DNA of 64,000 bases from an uncultured Nitrososphaerota archaeon (GCA_963824385.1 CAWGPD010000002.1:1-64000), one strand, 5' to 3'. Shown: positions 1-11,802, counted from the first letter of the stretch. A program made the numbers and translations. Notes: generated by a model not told the origin, from the letters alone.

Positions 1-114
1 CAGACCTTCTTTGATACCACTTTTTTGGATTATCTTTCTTACCTCAGGTGTTATATTTACAAATCCTCTTCTTGATGGAATATTATATGTAAGATATTCG
101 GTATGCGATTTCAT
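1..114 (-). CDS. YjbQ/UPF0047 family protein, N-terminal part (runs off window)
   Basis: Manual translation from ATG at 114: MKSHTEYLTYNIPSRRGFVNITPEVRKIIQKSGIKEGL, typical YjbQ N-terminus. Confidence 0.8.
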   Translation of the reverse strand, partial: MKSHTEYLTYNIPSRRGFVNITPEVRKIIQKSGIKEGL

Positions 115-149
115 GTCATTAATAGAAACAAATACTGATAAAAATCCAA

Positions 150-212
150 TGCAGGCTCAGAACTCAAGATCTTTCTCATCAAATCAAATGGATATGGTCA
201 TCAACGCCTGCA
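150..212 (-). ncRNA. Box C/D methylation guide sRNA
   Basis: Minus strand reads TGCAGGC-GT-TGATGA(C)-CCATATCCAT-TTGA(D')-TT-TGATGA(C')-GAAAGATCTTGAGTT-CTGA(D)-GCCTGCA; 7-bp terminal stem; intergenic. Confidence 0.85.
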
Positions 213-284
213 ATCAACGATTTTGTTTGTTCCTACTTGAGTCTTTCAAGAAGCTTGATAAAAGGCGGGGCATTGCATACACAA

Positions 285-710
285 ATGGTAACAATCGATG
301 CAACGTGTTCCCTTGAAGGCTTTAGGAAGTTTGTAATCCTAAGTACTTGTAACTCATTTATTCCTGAAAGTTACATGGAGGATTATGAAGTATTCCCAGA
401 GCGTGAAACATCTCCAGGATTGATTTACGTAGAGGCGGCAGACAAGGTTACTCTAAAAAAGATTCGTGACATGACTTTTGTAAATGCAAAAGAAGTGCTA
501 GGCATAATTTATTCATCAAAAAGCGGCAATACGAATCTAAAATGGAGACAAATAAGAAGAAACGCGGGCAAAGTAGTAGGAGATGCTTCAACCAATACGC
601 TTGTTAACTTGACCGAATCTGGAGTCATAACACAAGAATGGGTCCAGAATTACCTAAGAAAGAAGGCAGAAGAAAAGAAAGAAGTTAAGACTGACGAGTT
701 AACAAACTAG
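285..710 (+). CDS. Hypothetical protein
   Basis: ORF 237..710, likely start ATG 285 (MVTIDATCS); followed by T-rich terminator-like tract. Confidence 0.7.
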   Translation: MVTIDATCSLEGFRKFVILSTCNSFIPESYMEDYEVFPERETSPGLIYVEAADKVTLKKIRDMTFVNAKEVLGIIYSSKSGNTNLKWRQIRRNAGKVVGDASTNTLVNLTESGVITQEWVQNYLRKKAEEKKEVKTDELTN

Positions 711-751
711 ATTACTTTTCTTTTTTATTATAGTTCCACAGAGGTATTAGA

Positions 752-1806
752 TTGATTACTAAAAAAATAGACGATAATGCTGTTGCGCTAATACCAGAGG
801 AATCAGATGATCCTCTTTACATTAAGACGCATCATAGGTAAGGGAGATAGAATAGTAGGAGATACTTCAAGAGTCTGTCAAACAAGAAAAGGATTTTTCA
901 AGACCAGACAAAGGAGAGAGGATTAAAATCCGTATAGCACTTGATGTTGAGAAAATTTCTATAGATGAGGTAGTAGACAGGTTAAGAGTCCAGGGAATTA
1001 TAATGGAATCAGATAATCCATCAGTGAGTAAAGGATCACATCATTCTCTGACATTAAAAATTGGTGATGCAGTTACTCTGATCAAAAAAAGTTGGAATGA
1101 TATAGAGAAAAAACTAATCTTTGAAAAAAAAGAACATGGTGCTTTTCTTCTCGTTGCAATAGACACAACTGATTGCGGTTTAGGAAGATTAAGTGGTACC
1201 CATCTCAAACTTTTACCCAACATGTATTCAGGTGCAAGTGGAAAGAGATACAAATCTAAATTTAACATACAAGACTTTTTCAAAGATGTTCAGAGTGCAA
1301 TTTCAACTTTAATCAGAGATGGAGATAACATAGTAATATTTGGACCAGGAGAGACTAAGAAAAGATTAGCAAATTTTCTTGCAGAGGTTCCATCCATTAA
1401 AGGACATAAAATACAAGTAGTCGATGCAATAGATTCATCTGGTGAAGATGGAATTTACACTTTTATTAAATCTGACATAATGAAGCAGACTTTAGACACC
1501 AGTAAGATTGCAAAGGTTTCGGCCATACTAGATGAGATAATGCTACGAGCCAATAAGAAAAGTACTAAATTCACCATGGGATTTGATGAGACCTCAAAGG
1601 CAAATGACCTAGGTGCTGTAGAATCACTAGTATTTTCAGACAGGATATTTGAGAAACAGGATGAAGACAAAATAATTGAATTTCTCAACCAAGTAGAATC
1701 CAAAGGTGTTGAAGTTTTTGCAGTAGACTCTACTACAGATGCTGGCCTTAGAGTCTCATCTCTTGGAGGTGTAATTTCTCTTCTCAGATTTGCTCCTCAA
1801 AGTTGA
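752..1806 (+). CDS. pelA: Pelota/Dom34 ribosome rescue factor (two +1 frameshifts near 812 and 874, probable sequencing errors)
   Basis: Repaired N-terminus MITKKIDD..PEESDDLFTLRRII..GD; eRF1-like domains, GPGETK, C-terminal LGGVISLLRF. Confidence 0.9.
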
Positions 1807-2102
1807 CTCTTCAAGCCATTTCATATACGGCAAATTGACATTATCCATTTTGAGCTCTACTATTTCGGGACTTGATATGGATGAGTTTTTGCAATAATAT
1901 CCTTGAGTTTTTGTTTTGAGTCGCTAGTAGTTTTGAAAAGTGCTAGAAATTCAGTAGTATCTTGAATTTTATTTTTCCAAGTATAAACTGAGTTAATTTT
2001 AGTATAGTTTACACAAGCTGCTAATTTTTTTTCTACTACAATATGTGCTACTCTAGAAATTGATTTTTTGTCAGGATATGTCGAAACTATCACAATTCCC
2101 AT
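1756..2102 (-). CDS. cutA: CutA1 divalent cation tolerance protein (frameshift near 1868)
   Basis: LAACVN, SVYTWK, HPYQVPEI motifs; repaired tail PYMKWL. Confidence 0.85.
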
Positions 2103-2146
2103 AGCAACTGATAAATTTGCCCTAACTAAAAAGAGTATCAATTAAT

Positions 2147-3349
2147 TTGGCTTTTGAATTTTTGACGCACAATTCTATCATCTATGTTTTGATTGCATGG
2201 GTTGTGGTATTTGTAATTGCAAAAGGCTTGAAACTTGACAAACATGGATTTGAAATAAAGCCATACAGTTTGACTTACAAGAACCCAAATGTCCAGTTAA
2301 TACTCACAAGAATTCTAAATAGAACCCAGCGCGCAACTAGAGTTTTTGCTAATACAAGTGTAGTTTTAGGTTTTGTATTGATGGGGGCGGCATTTTGGTA
2401 TCTTGCATCCAATTTGTCAAACTTTTTTGTAAAGCCAGAATCATTTGCAGCGATGACTGTATTGATACCAGGTGTTACAATTCAATCAAGTGCAAATATT
2501 GCATATTTCCTTCTTTCAGTACCAATTGTTCTAGTAATTCATGAGGGCGCCCATGGAATTGTTGCCACATTAGAGAAGATAAAAATAAAGACTGGGGGAT
2601 TTGCAATCTTTATTGCGTTATTTGCTGGATTTGTCGAACCAGATGAGGAAGAGTTTGCAAAGTCAAAAAAAATCTCACGTCTTAGGGTAATAGGGGCTGG
2701 GGCAACATCAAATGTTTTGTTTTCGTTTATAATTGCAGGACTTTTGATATTCAATCCATCATTTGCCCTAATCATGCCAGACCCCATTAGAAGTATGATG
2801 TATCATGAACCACTTGGAGTACCAATAGTTTCAGTTACAGAAGGTTCAGGAGCTGAAAAGGCAGGATTACTAAAAGACGATATCATAAATGCAATCAATG
2901 GAAATCCCATTTCTCTTCCTCAAGATTTTGCCAAAATTAAATTAAAACCCGGAGATACTGCAAATGTTTCTGTAATAAGAGATGGAAAAACATTACAGAT
3001 TCCCGTTTTAGTCACAGCTTCTAAAGATGATCCAACAAAAGGCATGCTTGGAATTCTAAGAGCGGCTTTACCATCATACCAACCTGTAGTTCCATATTAC
3101 ATTCACTGGAGTCCAGAAGTATTCATGTTCTTACTGTGGCTTTGGATGCTATCATTTTTCATTGGAATATTCAACATGTTACCATTACCAATTTTGGACG
3201 GAGGAAAATTCATCCATAGTATAATTGAAAAGAAAGTATCAGAGAAAGTATTGAAAGGAGCCATGATGTCACTGTATGTTGTCACATTTGCTCTATTTGG
3301 CTTGAACATAGCGCTATCAGCAGTAAAATCAGGCTTCATAACCATTTAA
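2147..3349 (+). CDS. Site-2 protease (M50) with PDZ domain
   Basis: HEGAH, NMLPLPILDGG, PDZ segment, several TM helices. Confidence 0.92.
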   Translation: MAFEFLTHNSIIYVLIAWVVVFVIAKGLKLDKHGFEIKPYSLTYKNPNVQLILTRILNRTQRATRVFANTSVVLGFVLMGAAFWYLASNLSNFFVKPESFAAMTVLIPGVTIQSSANIAYFLLSVPIVLVIHEGAHGIVATLEKIKIKTGGFAIFIALFAGFVEPDEEEFAKSKKISRLRVIGAGATSNVLFSFIIAGLLIFNPSFALIMPDPIRSMMYHEPLGVPIVSVTEGSGAEKAGLLKDDIINAINGNPISLPQDFAKIKLKPGDTANVSVIRDGKTLQIPVLVTASKDDPTKGMLGILRAALPSYQPVVPYYIHWSPEVFMFLLWLWMLSFFIGIFNMLPLPILDGGKFIHSIIEKKVSEKVLKGAMMSLYVVTFALFGLNIALSAVKSGFITI

Positions 3350-3399
3350 CATAGATTCAGTCAACATATGGTTAAATTTGGGAGTCAGTTAGTTGCGCC

Positions 3400-4309
3400 A
3401 TGAACTGTGACCGTTGCGAGAATACAGTTGTATACTCTAGAAAATATTCAGGTGAGAATCTTTGTTCAGATTGCTTTTCAAACTCAATTATTCATAAAAC
3501 TACAAAGACAATCTCAAAGTATAACATGATTAAATCTGGTGACATGGTTGGAGTTGCAGTATCTGGAGGAAAAGACTCTCTTTCTTTGTTACAAGTAATG
3601 AAAAAAATTTCTCTAAATCATAACTTTAAGCTGAAAAGCCATTACAGTTGATGAGGGAATTCCAGGATACAGGGATGAAGCACTCAAAATTGTAGAGGAT
3701 TTTTGTAAAAAGTTGGATGTTGAACACAAAGTATTTTCATATAGTTCTCTTTTTGGTACGACTTTGGAACAAACCTTAGAACTTAGAGAGAATGAGAAAG
3801 TTTCATCTTGTTCCATATGCGGCATATTAAGAAGAAGAGCAATAGATTATGGTGCTACTGATCTTGGAGTTGATGTGATAGCAACAGGTCACAACTTGGA
3901 TGACATGCTACAAACTTTTATTATAAATATTATTTCAGGAGATACAAAAAAAATTGGCTGGATGGATCCAGATACTTCTAAAAACAAAATACGAAAGATA
4001 AAGCCATTTTGCGAGATTTATGAAAATGAGATTGTTTTTTATGCATTTACAAATGAAATTCCGTTTCAATCAGAAGAATGCCCACACATGAATGAAGGAA
4101 TTCGAACAGAAATTCGTAATTTTCTTAATTCTTTAGAAAATACTCGTAGCGGCATCAAAAATAACATGTACCAATCAATTTTAAAGATCTCCTCTACCCT
4201 CAAAGATTCCAATAATTCAGAATGGAGAATTTGCTCAAAATGTGGAAACGAGTGTACAGCAGAGATATGTTCGGTATGTAGTACATTGACCAATCTCCGA
4301 TTGAATTAA
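3400..4309 (+). CDS. tRNA 2-thiolation protein, NcsA/TtuA/Ctu1 family (frameshift near 3635)
   Basis: CxxC Zn fingers at both ends, PP-loop SGGKDS, CSIC, ATGHNLDD. Confidence 0.9.
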
Positions 4310-4348
4310 CCCTAATGCACATAAAGAACTTGTAATTACAATAAATTT

Positions 4349-4665
4349 GGTAGTAGGTAGGGTTGGGGCGCTAGCCGTGCCCTGTCTCTGAAACCGGCTA
4401 TATGCAGAGACCAGTAACCGCTGGATAAATCTCTAGATAGACGGTACTCGCTTGACTTGCGGATATGAAATCACGCCGAAGCGGGTGGATATAAGACAGA
4501 GGTTGTCCGAAGGGATGGCTCTCAAGTTTGAACTGCCGAAAGGGATGAGGTCCGGGAGGGAGCAATCCTAAGGTAGAACATCCACGCTGCTTCGTCTACG
4601 TGGCGGATCTTGCATGACTTGAGATGAGACCGTTTGTCTAGACTGGAACTAGCGGGTCTACTACC
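4349..4665 (+). ncRNA. ffs: Archaeal SRP (7S) RNA
   Basis: 317-nt GC-rich island; terminal pairing GGTAGTAGG/TCTACTACC; helix 6 GAGGTTGTCC-GAAG-GGATGGCTCTC; helix 8 AGGTCCGGGAGGGAGCAA. Confidence 0.92.
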
Positions 4666-4695
4666 TTAATATTCTTAAATCAGACTAGAAAAATC

Positions 4696-5025
4696 ATGGA
4701 AGGACTAATCTCTGGAAAGAAAAGGACTTATGAAGAATTTAGAAAAATTATACCTTCTAACATAGCACCATTATTTGATGATCTTCGTAGTTATTGTTTC
4801 ACACTTGGAAAAAACGTAGTAGAAGACATACGTATGCATAGAATCGTATTTTCAAAATCAATGTCATTTAGAAACTTTGCCGATATTGAGCCTCAAAGAG
4901 ATTCCATAGTACTAAAGATCAAAAGAGATAGAAAAGAACCTGAAAAAGAAATACAAGTAAAATTAAACGATAATCTTGATGAAATTAAGAAACTTCTCTT
5001 GGATGCATATACCAATATTCATTAA
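4696..5025 (+). CDS. Hypothetical protein, DUF5655-like
   Basis: 109-aa ORF ending EIKKLLLDAY; family call from recall only. Confidence 0.55.
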   Translation: MEGLISGKKRTYEEFRKIIPSNIAPLFDDLRSYCFTLGKNVVEDIRMHRIVFSKSMSFRNFADIEPQRDSIVLKIKRDRKEPEKEIQVKLNDNLDEIKKLLLDAYTNIH

Positions 5026-5300
5026 TAACGAATCTCAAATTCCGAGAATTCACCAACATAATTTTCTTCTGTAATTTTTAGTTCATCTACAACTGCACCG
5101 GCAGGACCAAAATGAGCCCATTCTATTACTGCATCTACGTTTGAATCATTTCCCTCTATCATAGCTTCCACTCTATTATCTGGAAGATTTTGGACCCAGC
5201 CCAAAACATTATTTTTTTCCGCAGTTTCCATCATACTTTGACGAAAATAAACACCTTGGACTCTACCGCTTATCAAAAGATGAACTCTTTTTGAATTCAT
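5022..5300 (-). CDS. acyP: Acylphosphatase
   Basis: GRVQGVYFR, GWVQNLPDNRVE. Confidence 0.95.
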   Translation of the reverse strand: MNSKRVHLLISGRVQGVYFRQSMMETAEKNNVLGWVQNLPDNRVEAMIEGNDSNVDAVIEWAHFGPAGAVVDELKITEENYVGEFSEFEIRY

Positions 5301-5337
5301 AATATTTCTTTTAAAAAAACTACTAATTAGTCTTAAA

Positions 5338-6069
5338 CTAGGCTCTCTCTTTCATTCTAGAACGTCCAGTCTTTCTAGCTGCGATGCTACCAACTTTACG
5401 TCCAGGTGGAGCGTTTCGTGAAACTGTAGAGCTTCGTCCAACGTGCTGGTGTCTTCCACCACCGTGTGGGTGGACATATACTGCTTGAGCAACACCTCTA
5501 ACAATTGGATATTTGTGTCCCTTTGAGCGCTTTCTTCTCCAAGCAGGACCAGCTCTCATAAATGGTCTATCACCAACACCCCCTCCAGCAAGAACTCCTA
5601 TCATAGCACGATTCTTTGGGTTAAGAGTAGTGAATTTTCCAGACGGTAGTTTTATTGTTACACCTTCAGCACTATGTGAAAAGACTGTTGCATATGTTCC
5701 AGCAGATTTTACTATGGCTCCTCCATCACCAAAATGTTTCTCAACATTACATACTATGGTACCGTCAGGGATGTTTTGGATACTAATTACATTACCTGGT
5801 AAAACACCTGCCTTTAAACCAAAGAATAATTTTGAACCAATTTTAGTACCAAGAACTGATGGAATGAAAGATTGTAATCCACTCTCAAACAAGATTTTAG
5901 CAAGAGGAGCATCTCTTCCGGATTCATGAACAATATCTATCACCTTAGCCTCATGTTGTTCAGCCAATGGAAATCGAGGATATTTGGCTGGAAGTAACTT
6001 ACCAGTAGAAGCTGCGCGGAACTGCATTCCACCTCTACCTCGTCTTCTTACTAGTGGTCGCTTACCCAA
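5338..6069 (-). CDS. rpl2: 50S ribosomal protein uL2
   Basis: MGKRPLVRRRGRG, VRGVAQ..HPHGGG, APPGRKVG. Confidence 0.97.
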   Translation of the reverse strand: MGKRPLVRRRGRGGMQFRAASTGKLLPAKYPRFPLAEQHEAKVIDIVHESGRDAPLAKILFESGLQSFIPSVLGTKIGSKLFFGLKAGVLPGNVISIQNIPDGTIVCNVEKHFGDGGAIVKSAGTYATVFSHSAEGVTIKLPSGKFTTLNPKNRAMIGVLAGGGVGDRPFMRAGPAWRRKRSKGHKYPIVRGVAQAVYVHPHGGGRHQHVGRSSTVSRNAPPGRKVGSIAARKTGRSRMKERA

Positions 6070-6170
6070 TGTAGCAATTTTGCTTTATTGTGTAAATTTT
6101 AATCTTCTGATCCTTTGTTGTGGATCAAAGACGACAAAGGTATAAAAATTAGTTTGAGGGTGCTAAAACT

Positions 6171-8374
6171 GTGAGCCAAAACACACTCTCTCTTAAGGTA
6201 CTTGAGGCTTATACTCGTGATGTAGGAAGAGGAGTTGCACGTATAGATTATGATTCTATGGATTCACTTGGAGCTTCTACAGGGGATGTTATTGAAATCA
6301 AGGGTAAAAGAAGAACTGTAGCCAAGTGTTTACCACTTTATCCTTCTGATGAAGGTAAAGGAATTATCAGGGTAGACGGTCTAGTACGAAATAATGCAGG
6401 TATTGCCATTGGTGATACTGTTGCGGTCAAAAAGATCAAAGCAGTGGCTGCTGAAAAAATTGTTGTTGCCCCATTAGAAGCTATTCCACCAATTGATGAA
6501 AGATATCTTGCAGATGCATTAGAAAGTGTTCCTTTGATAAAAGGAGATAATGTAATGGTACCATATTTTGGTGGAAGACTAACTTTTCAGGTTATAGGTG
6601 TTACACCTGCAGCTGATGCCGTACTTGTTACACAAAAGACAGTATTTCACATTGCAGAAAAAGGAGAAACTCTACGTGGTGTACCTCAGGTAACTTATGA
6701 GGACATAGGAGGACTAACTGATGAAATCAAGAAAGTCCGCGAAATGATAGAGCTCCCTCTAAGACACCCAGAGATTTTTGAAAAGCTTGGAATTGAAGCT
6801 CCAAAAGGAGTTTTGTTGTATGGGCCACCTGGAACTGGAAAAACATTGTTAGCAAAAGCAGTTGCAAATGAAAGTAATGCACATTTCATTAGCATATCAG
6901 GACCAGAGATAATGAGTAAATTTTATGGTGAAAGTGAAGTCTAGACTAAGAGAAATTTTCAAAGAAGCAAAAGAAAAATCTCCATCTATAATATTTATTG
7001 ATGAAATTGACTCGATAGCTCCAAAGAGAGAAGAAGTTACAGGAGAGGTAGAAAGAAGAGTGGTTTCACAGTTACTTTCTTTAATGGACGGTCTTGAAGC
7101 TAGAGGTAAAGTAATTGTCATAGCTGCAACCAACAGACCAAACGCAATTGACCCAGCACTTAGAAGACCTGGAAGATTTGATAGAGAAATTGAGATCAAA
7201 GTACCTGACAAGAAGGGCAGAAAAGACATCTTGATGATACATACAAGAAACATGCCTCTCAGTGACGACGTCAATTTGGATAAGACTGCCTCAGTAAGTC
7301 ATGGTTATGTTGGAGCCGATTTAGAATATCTATGTAAAGAAGCTGCAATGAAATGCCTCAGAAGATTGCTGCCTGAACTAAACATGGAAGATGAGAAACT
7401 TCCACCAGAGACGCTTGACAAACTAATAGTGAGTGGTGAAGATTTCCAGAATGCAATAAGAGAGGTCACTCCATCTGGAATGCGCGAAGTATTCATTGAA
7501 AATCCCGATGTAAGTTGGGATGAAGTAGGTGGACTAGAAACTGTAAAACGTGAACTTCAAGAAGCAGTAGAATGGCCAATGAAATATCCCACTCTTTACA
7601 CTAAATTAGGACACAGAATGCCAAGAGGAATATTATTACACGGTCCTAGTGGAACAGGTAAAACTCTACTTGCAAAAGCAGTCGCCACCGAAAGTGAGGC
7701 TAACTTTATTTCTGTAAGAGGACCAGAATTATTATCAAAATGGGTAGGAGAATCAGAGCGCGGAGTAAGAGAAATATTCAGACGAGCAAGACAAGCATCA
7801 CCTTGTGTAATATTTTTTGATGAAATTGACTCTATTGCTCCAATACGTGGAGTGGGAGGAGAAACAGCAGTCACAGAAAGAGTAGTAAGTCAGCTTTTGA
7901 CTGAATTAGATGGAATAGAAAGCTTACACGGTGTTGTTGTGCTTGCTGCAACCAACAGAGCAGACATGATAGATACAGCATTACTAAGACCTGGTAGATT
8001 TGATAAAATAATACTTGTTCCATTACCGGACAAAGAAGGAAGAAAGAAGATTTTAGAGATTAACACAAAGGAAATTCCTGTTATAAGAGAATCTATGACA
8101 GACGGTATGAAAAATCCAGATTACGTAGATATTGATAAAATTGCAGAGGTCACAGATGGAATGAGTGGTGCAGACGTAGCTGCAATAGCAAACACTGCAG
8201 TTTCCCTTGTCATACATGAGTTTCTTGACAAGTATCCTGATCAAAAGGAAGCAGAAAAACAGGCAACTGAGGCTAAAGTAACCATGAGACATTTTGAAGA
8301 AGCTGTAAGAAAGGTAAAGACCCAAAAAGAGTGTAAAGATAGGCGAAAAGATAGCAGTTCCTTACTATAGGTAA
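6171..8374 (+). CDS. cdc48: Cdc48/VAT AAA+ ATPase (frameshifts near 6940 and 8332)
   Basis: N-domain, two Walker A motifs ([16 protein letters not shown]), RPGRFD; repaired C-terminus VPYYR (HbYX-like). Confidence 0.95.
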
Positions 8375-8407
8375 TTTTAATAAAATAACTTTTCCATTCC
8401 CTAGTGA

Positions 8408-9691
8408 ATGTCACATTTTGGATACAAAGGAAAAGGACTTGAATTTCTTACAAATAACAAGATAGAGGTAGGCAGTCAAGTAAAAATTCATGCAGATTCG
8501 ATTTATTCAGGAGTTGTGATGCCAAGATATGAGCACAGTGATGATCACCACATTGTTTTGAAACTAAAAAGTGGATACAACATAGGTTTAGAGCTTGATA
8601 AAATTAAAAAAATAGAGTTAGAATCAGCACCTGTACCAAAAAAAGAAAATAGCTATAATTCACAAGCAAACCCGAAACTTCCAAAAATTCTCCTATTATC
8701 TACCGGAGGAACAATTGCAAGCAGGATAGATTATAGAACAGGAGCTGTTACTCCTGCGCTTTCTGCAGCAGAACTGAATGCAAGTGTTCCTGAACTTGCA
8801 ACCATTGCCAATATAGATACCGAGGTAATTTTTTCAGAATATTCTGAAAATTTACTTCCAGAGCACTGGATAAAGATTGCACAGAAATTGGATTCATATT
8901 CTAGATCAGAGTATGATGGAATAATAGTAACTCATGGTACTGACACTATGCAATATACTGCATCAGCATTGGCATTTTCTCTCGTAGGATTTCCAAAGCC
9001 AGTTGCTTTAGTGGGTTCTCAAAGATCATCAGATAGACCATCTTCAGATGCAGCATTAAATTTAATTGCAGCAACCAAATTTTTGATAGAAATACATTCT
9101 CCTGGAATTTTTGTAGTAATGCACAATAATTCAAGTGATGATGAAATTGCCTGCAACTGGGCAACACGAGTAAGAAAAAATCACACCAGTAGAAGAGATG
9201 CTTTCAAAACAATTGGAGGACTTCCAGCGTATATCGTAAAAGGAAACAATGTTGAAAAAAACAAATTGTTCAATCTTCCAAAAAAAGAATACACTCCAAA
9301 GATCAAATTTGATAATCGTGTTTTATTGTTAAAATATTATCCAGGATTTGATCCCGATATCATGAATTATGCTATAAAATCTGGATTCAAGGGAGTAATT
9401 ATTGAAGGAACTGGGCTTGGGCACGTAGGTAAGACAATGTATGGAGCAATAGAGAATGCCAAGAAAAATGGATTATTCATTGGAATGACTTCTCAATGTA
9501 TTGACGGAATGGTAAGAATGACTGTCTATGATAGTGGACGAGATCTATTGAATCTAGGAGTCATACCACTTGGAAATATGATACCAGAGACTGCTCTTGT
9601 AAAAACAATGTGGGCATTGGCCAATTCCAAAGATTCTGATGAAATGACAAATATGATGAAAGAAAACATTGCTCTTGAATTTTCAGACTAA
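8408..9691 (+). CDS. gatD: Glu-tRNA(Gln) amidotransferase subunit D
   Basis: TGGTIASRIDYRTG, HGTDT, GSQRSSDRPSSD. Confidence 0.95.
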   Translation: MSHFGYKGKGLEFLTNNKIEVGSQVKIHADSIYSGVVMPRYEHSDDHHIVLKLKSGYNIGLELDKIKKIELESAPVPKKENSYNSQANPKLPKILLLSTGGTIASRIDYRTGAVTPALSAAELNASVPELATIANIDTEVIFSEYSENLLPEHWIKIAQKLDSYSRSEYDGIIVTHGTDTMQYTASALAFSLVGFPKPVALVGSQRSSDRPSSDAALNLIAATKFLIEIHSPGIFVVMHNNSSDDEIACNWATRVRKNHTSRRDAFKTIGGLPAYIVKGNNVEKNKLFNLPKKEYTPKIKFDNRVLLLKYYPGFDPDIMNYAIKSGFKGVIIEGTGLGHVGKTMYGAIENAKKNGLFIGMTSQCIDGMVRMTVYDSGRDLLNLGVIPLGNMIPETALVKTMWALANSKDSDEMTNMMKENIALEFSD

Positions 9692-9723
9692 GCTTTAAAA
9701 CAAGTACAAGAATAAAATTACAA

Positions 9724-11633
9724 GTGTCTGAAATTCAAATTGATAAAATAGGACTTCTTGTAGGATTGGAAATCCATCAACAACTTGCAACTGGTGGTAA
9801 GTTATTTTGCAAGTGTAAACCTTTAGAATCAGACGAATATTCAATTAATTTTACACGTAAATTAAGAATAACAAGTAGTGAATTAGGAGAGTTTGATCCT
9901 AGTGCTCTCTTTGAGAAGAGCAAGGAAAAGACAATCTCATATTTTGGAAATCCAGAAAGTTGTTGCCTAGTAGAGCAAGACGATGAACCTCCACATGATC
10001 TTGATCCTATTGCAAAAGAGACTGTTTTGATAATATCATCTGCGCTGAAATCAAATATTTTCAATGAGATTTACGTAATGAGAAAGCTTGTAATTGATGG
10101 TTCTAACACTTCAGGTTTTCAGAGAACCATGCTAGTATCTTCTGGCGGAATTCTTGAAGTAAATGGCAAGAAAATAGGTGTTCAAAGTATCTGTCTTGAA
10201 GAAGATGCTGCAAAACTACTCAAAGATACAGGAGATACAAGAGAGTACAGTTTGGATAGACTTGGCATACCACTGGTAGAAATAGCACTAGATCCAGTTG
10301 CTGGCACTCCTGAAGAAATCAAGAATATCGCCCTAACTTTAGGCAGAATGTTACGTGCAACAAAAAGAGTAGGAAGAGGCCTTGGATCAATTAGACAAGA
10401 TGTCAATGTATCAATTGAAGGAGGTGGTGCAGTGATAGAAGTAAAGGGAGTACAAAAACTAGACCAGTTAGAAAAAATCATTGAATATGAGGCAAAAAGA
10501 CAGCATGGTCTGAAAATCATAGCAGAGAAATTAAGAACTATTAAGACAGAAAAGATAGAAAAAATTCATGATGTAAAAGACGTCTCAGATATTTTTAGAA
10601 ACTGTAAATCAAAAATCATCCAGAAATCCCTTGTCGAAGGTTCCACCATGAAGGCAATGAGAGTCAAAGGATTTGCAGGAATGTTTGGATGGGAACCATA
10701 TCCTGGAATTAGACTAGGAAAACAATTAGGCGAACTGGTAAGATTTTTTGGATTGGGAGGACTCTTTCATTCAGATGAACTTCCAAACTATGGTATTGAA
10801 GAATCAGAAATCAAAGAGGTAAAAAAGATACTAGAAGTAGGTACCAATGATGCTTTTATCATATTGGCTGGAAATGAGAGAAAACTGGATACAGTGATAG
10901 AATCTCTCATAAAAAGAATCGATGATGCAAAAAATGGAATACCTGCAGAGACAAGAGTCTGCTACAATTACAGGTGAGACTGTATTTCTACGACCAAGGC
11001 CAGGTTCTTCAAGGATGTATCCTGAGACTGACATACCACCAATTATTGTGGATAATACCGAGATAGAAGAAGCAAGAAATAAAATTCCAAAATCATGGGA
11101 GGAGAATCTTTTAGCATTACAAAAACAATATGAATTAAATCAACAGCTTTCAGCCCAAGTATTTGATTCAGAATATCTAGAACTTCTTTGAAACAATATG
11201 TAAAGACAAGAGGGTCTCTCCAAATTTTGTTGCCTCTACTCTTTGTGGAACTATAACAAATCTTGAACGACGTGGAATGGATTCCGGATTATTAAAGACT
11301 GGAGATATTTTACAAGCATTTAATCTAGTAACAGAAGGAAAGATAGCAAAAGAATCTCTTGAGATGATATTTGAAAGTCTCATGAGTGGAAAGTCAAAAA
11401 CAATTTCAGATGCAATCAAGTCCAATGCGTTGGATACAATAGAAGATACTAAATTGCATCAGATTCTAGATGAATTGATAAAATCTAATCTTAAGATTAT
11501 CGAAGAACAAGGATTAAGATCAATGGGTCCCCTGATGGGTCTTGCCATGAAAACATTACGTGGAAAAGTGGATGGTCAGAAATTAAATCAACTTTTAGAA
11601 GATAAAATAAAGACAGAGATAGATAAAAAATAA
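9724..11633 (+). CDS. gatE: Glu-tRNA(Gln) amidotransferase subunit E (frameshifts near 10958 and 11185)
   Basis: GLEIHQQL, DGSNTSGFQRT, HSDELP, RMYPETD; follows gatD. Confidence 0.93.
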
Positions 11634-11635
11634 GG

Positions 11636-11720
11636 TGCGGGAGGTGGGATTTGAACCCACGAACTCCTAAAAGATAAGGTTCTGAGCCTTACGCCGTTGA
11701 CCAGGCTAGGCGACCCCCGC
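11636..11720 (-). tRNA. tRNA-Leu(CAG)
   Basis: GCGGGGG acceptor stem, anticodon arm TAAGG-CTCAGAA-CCTTA, long variable arm, GTTCAAATC T-loop. Confidence 0.96.
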
Positions 11721-11802
11721 AATAACGTCAGATTGAAAATCCTACAATAAGTGTCTTTATTGTAGTTTAAAACTTGGTATAAGAAAATAGTAGATGTCTA
11801 GA

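Noticed and set aside
11..316. 101-aa + strand ORF and the many short antisense ORFs in the track
   Set aside because: Shadow frames opposite recognisable genes or RNAs, with no motifs.
4349..4665. GC-rich island as RNase P RNA or a novel ncRNA
   Set aside because: Helix 6 and helix 8 motifs, terminal pairing and size match SRP RNA.
11742..11765. Inverted repeat CTACAATAA-N6-TTATTGTAG upstream of tRNA-Leu as an att site or mobile-element end
   Set aside because: No integrase, no tRNA 3' duplication, flanked by core genes; at most a terminator or promoter element.
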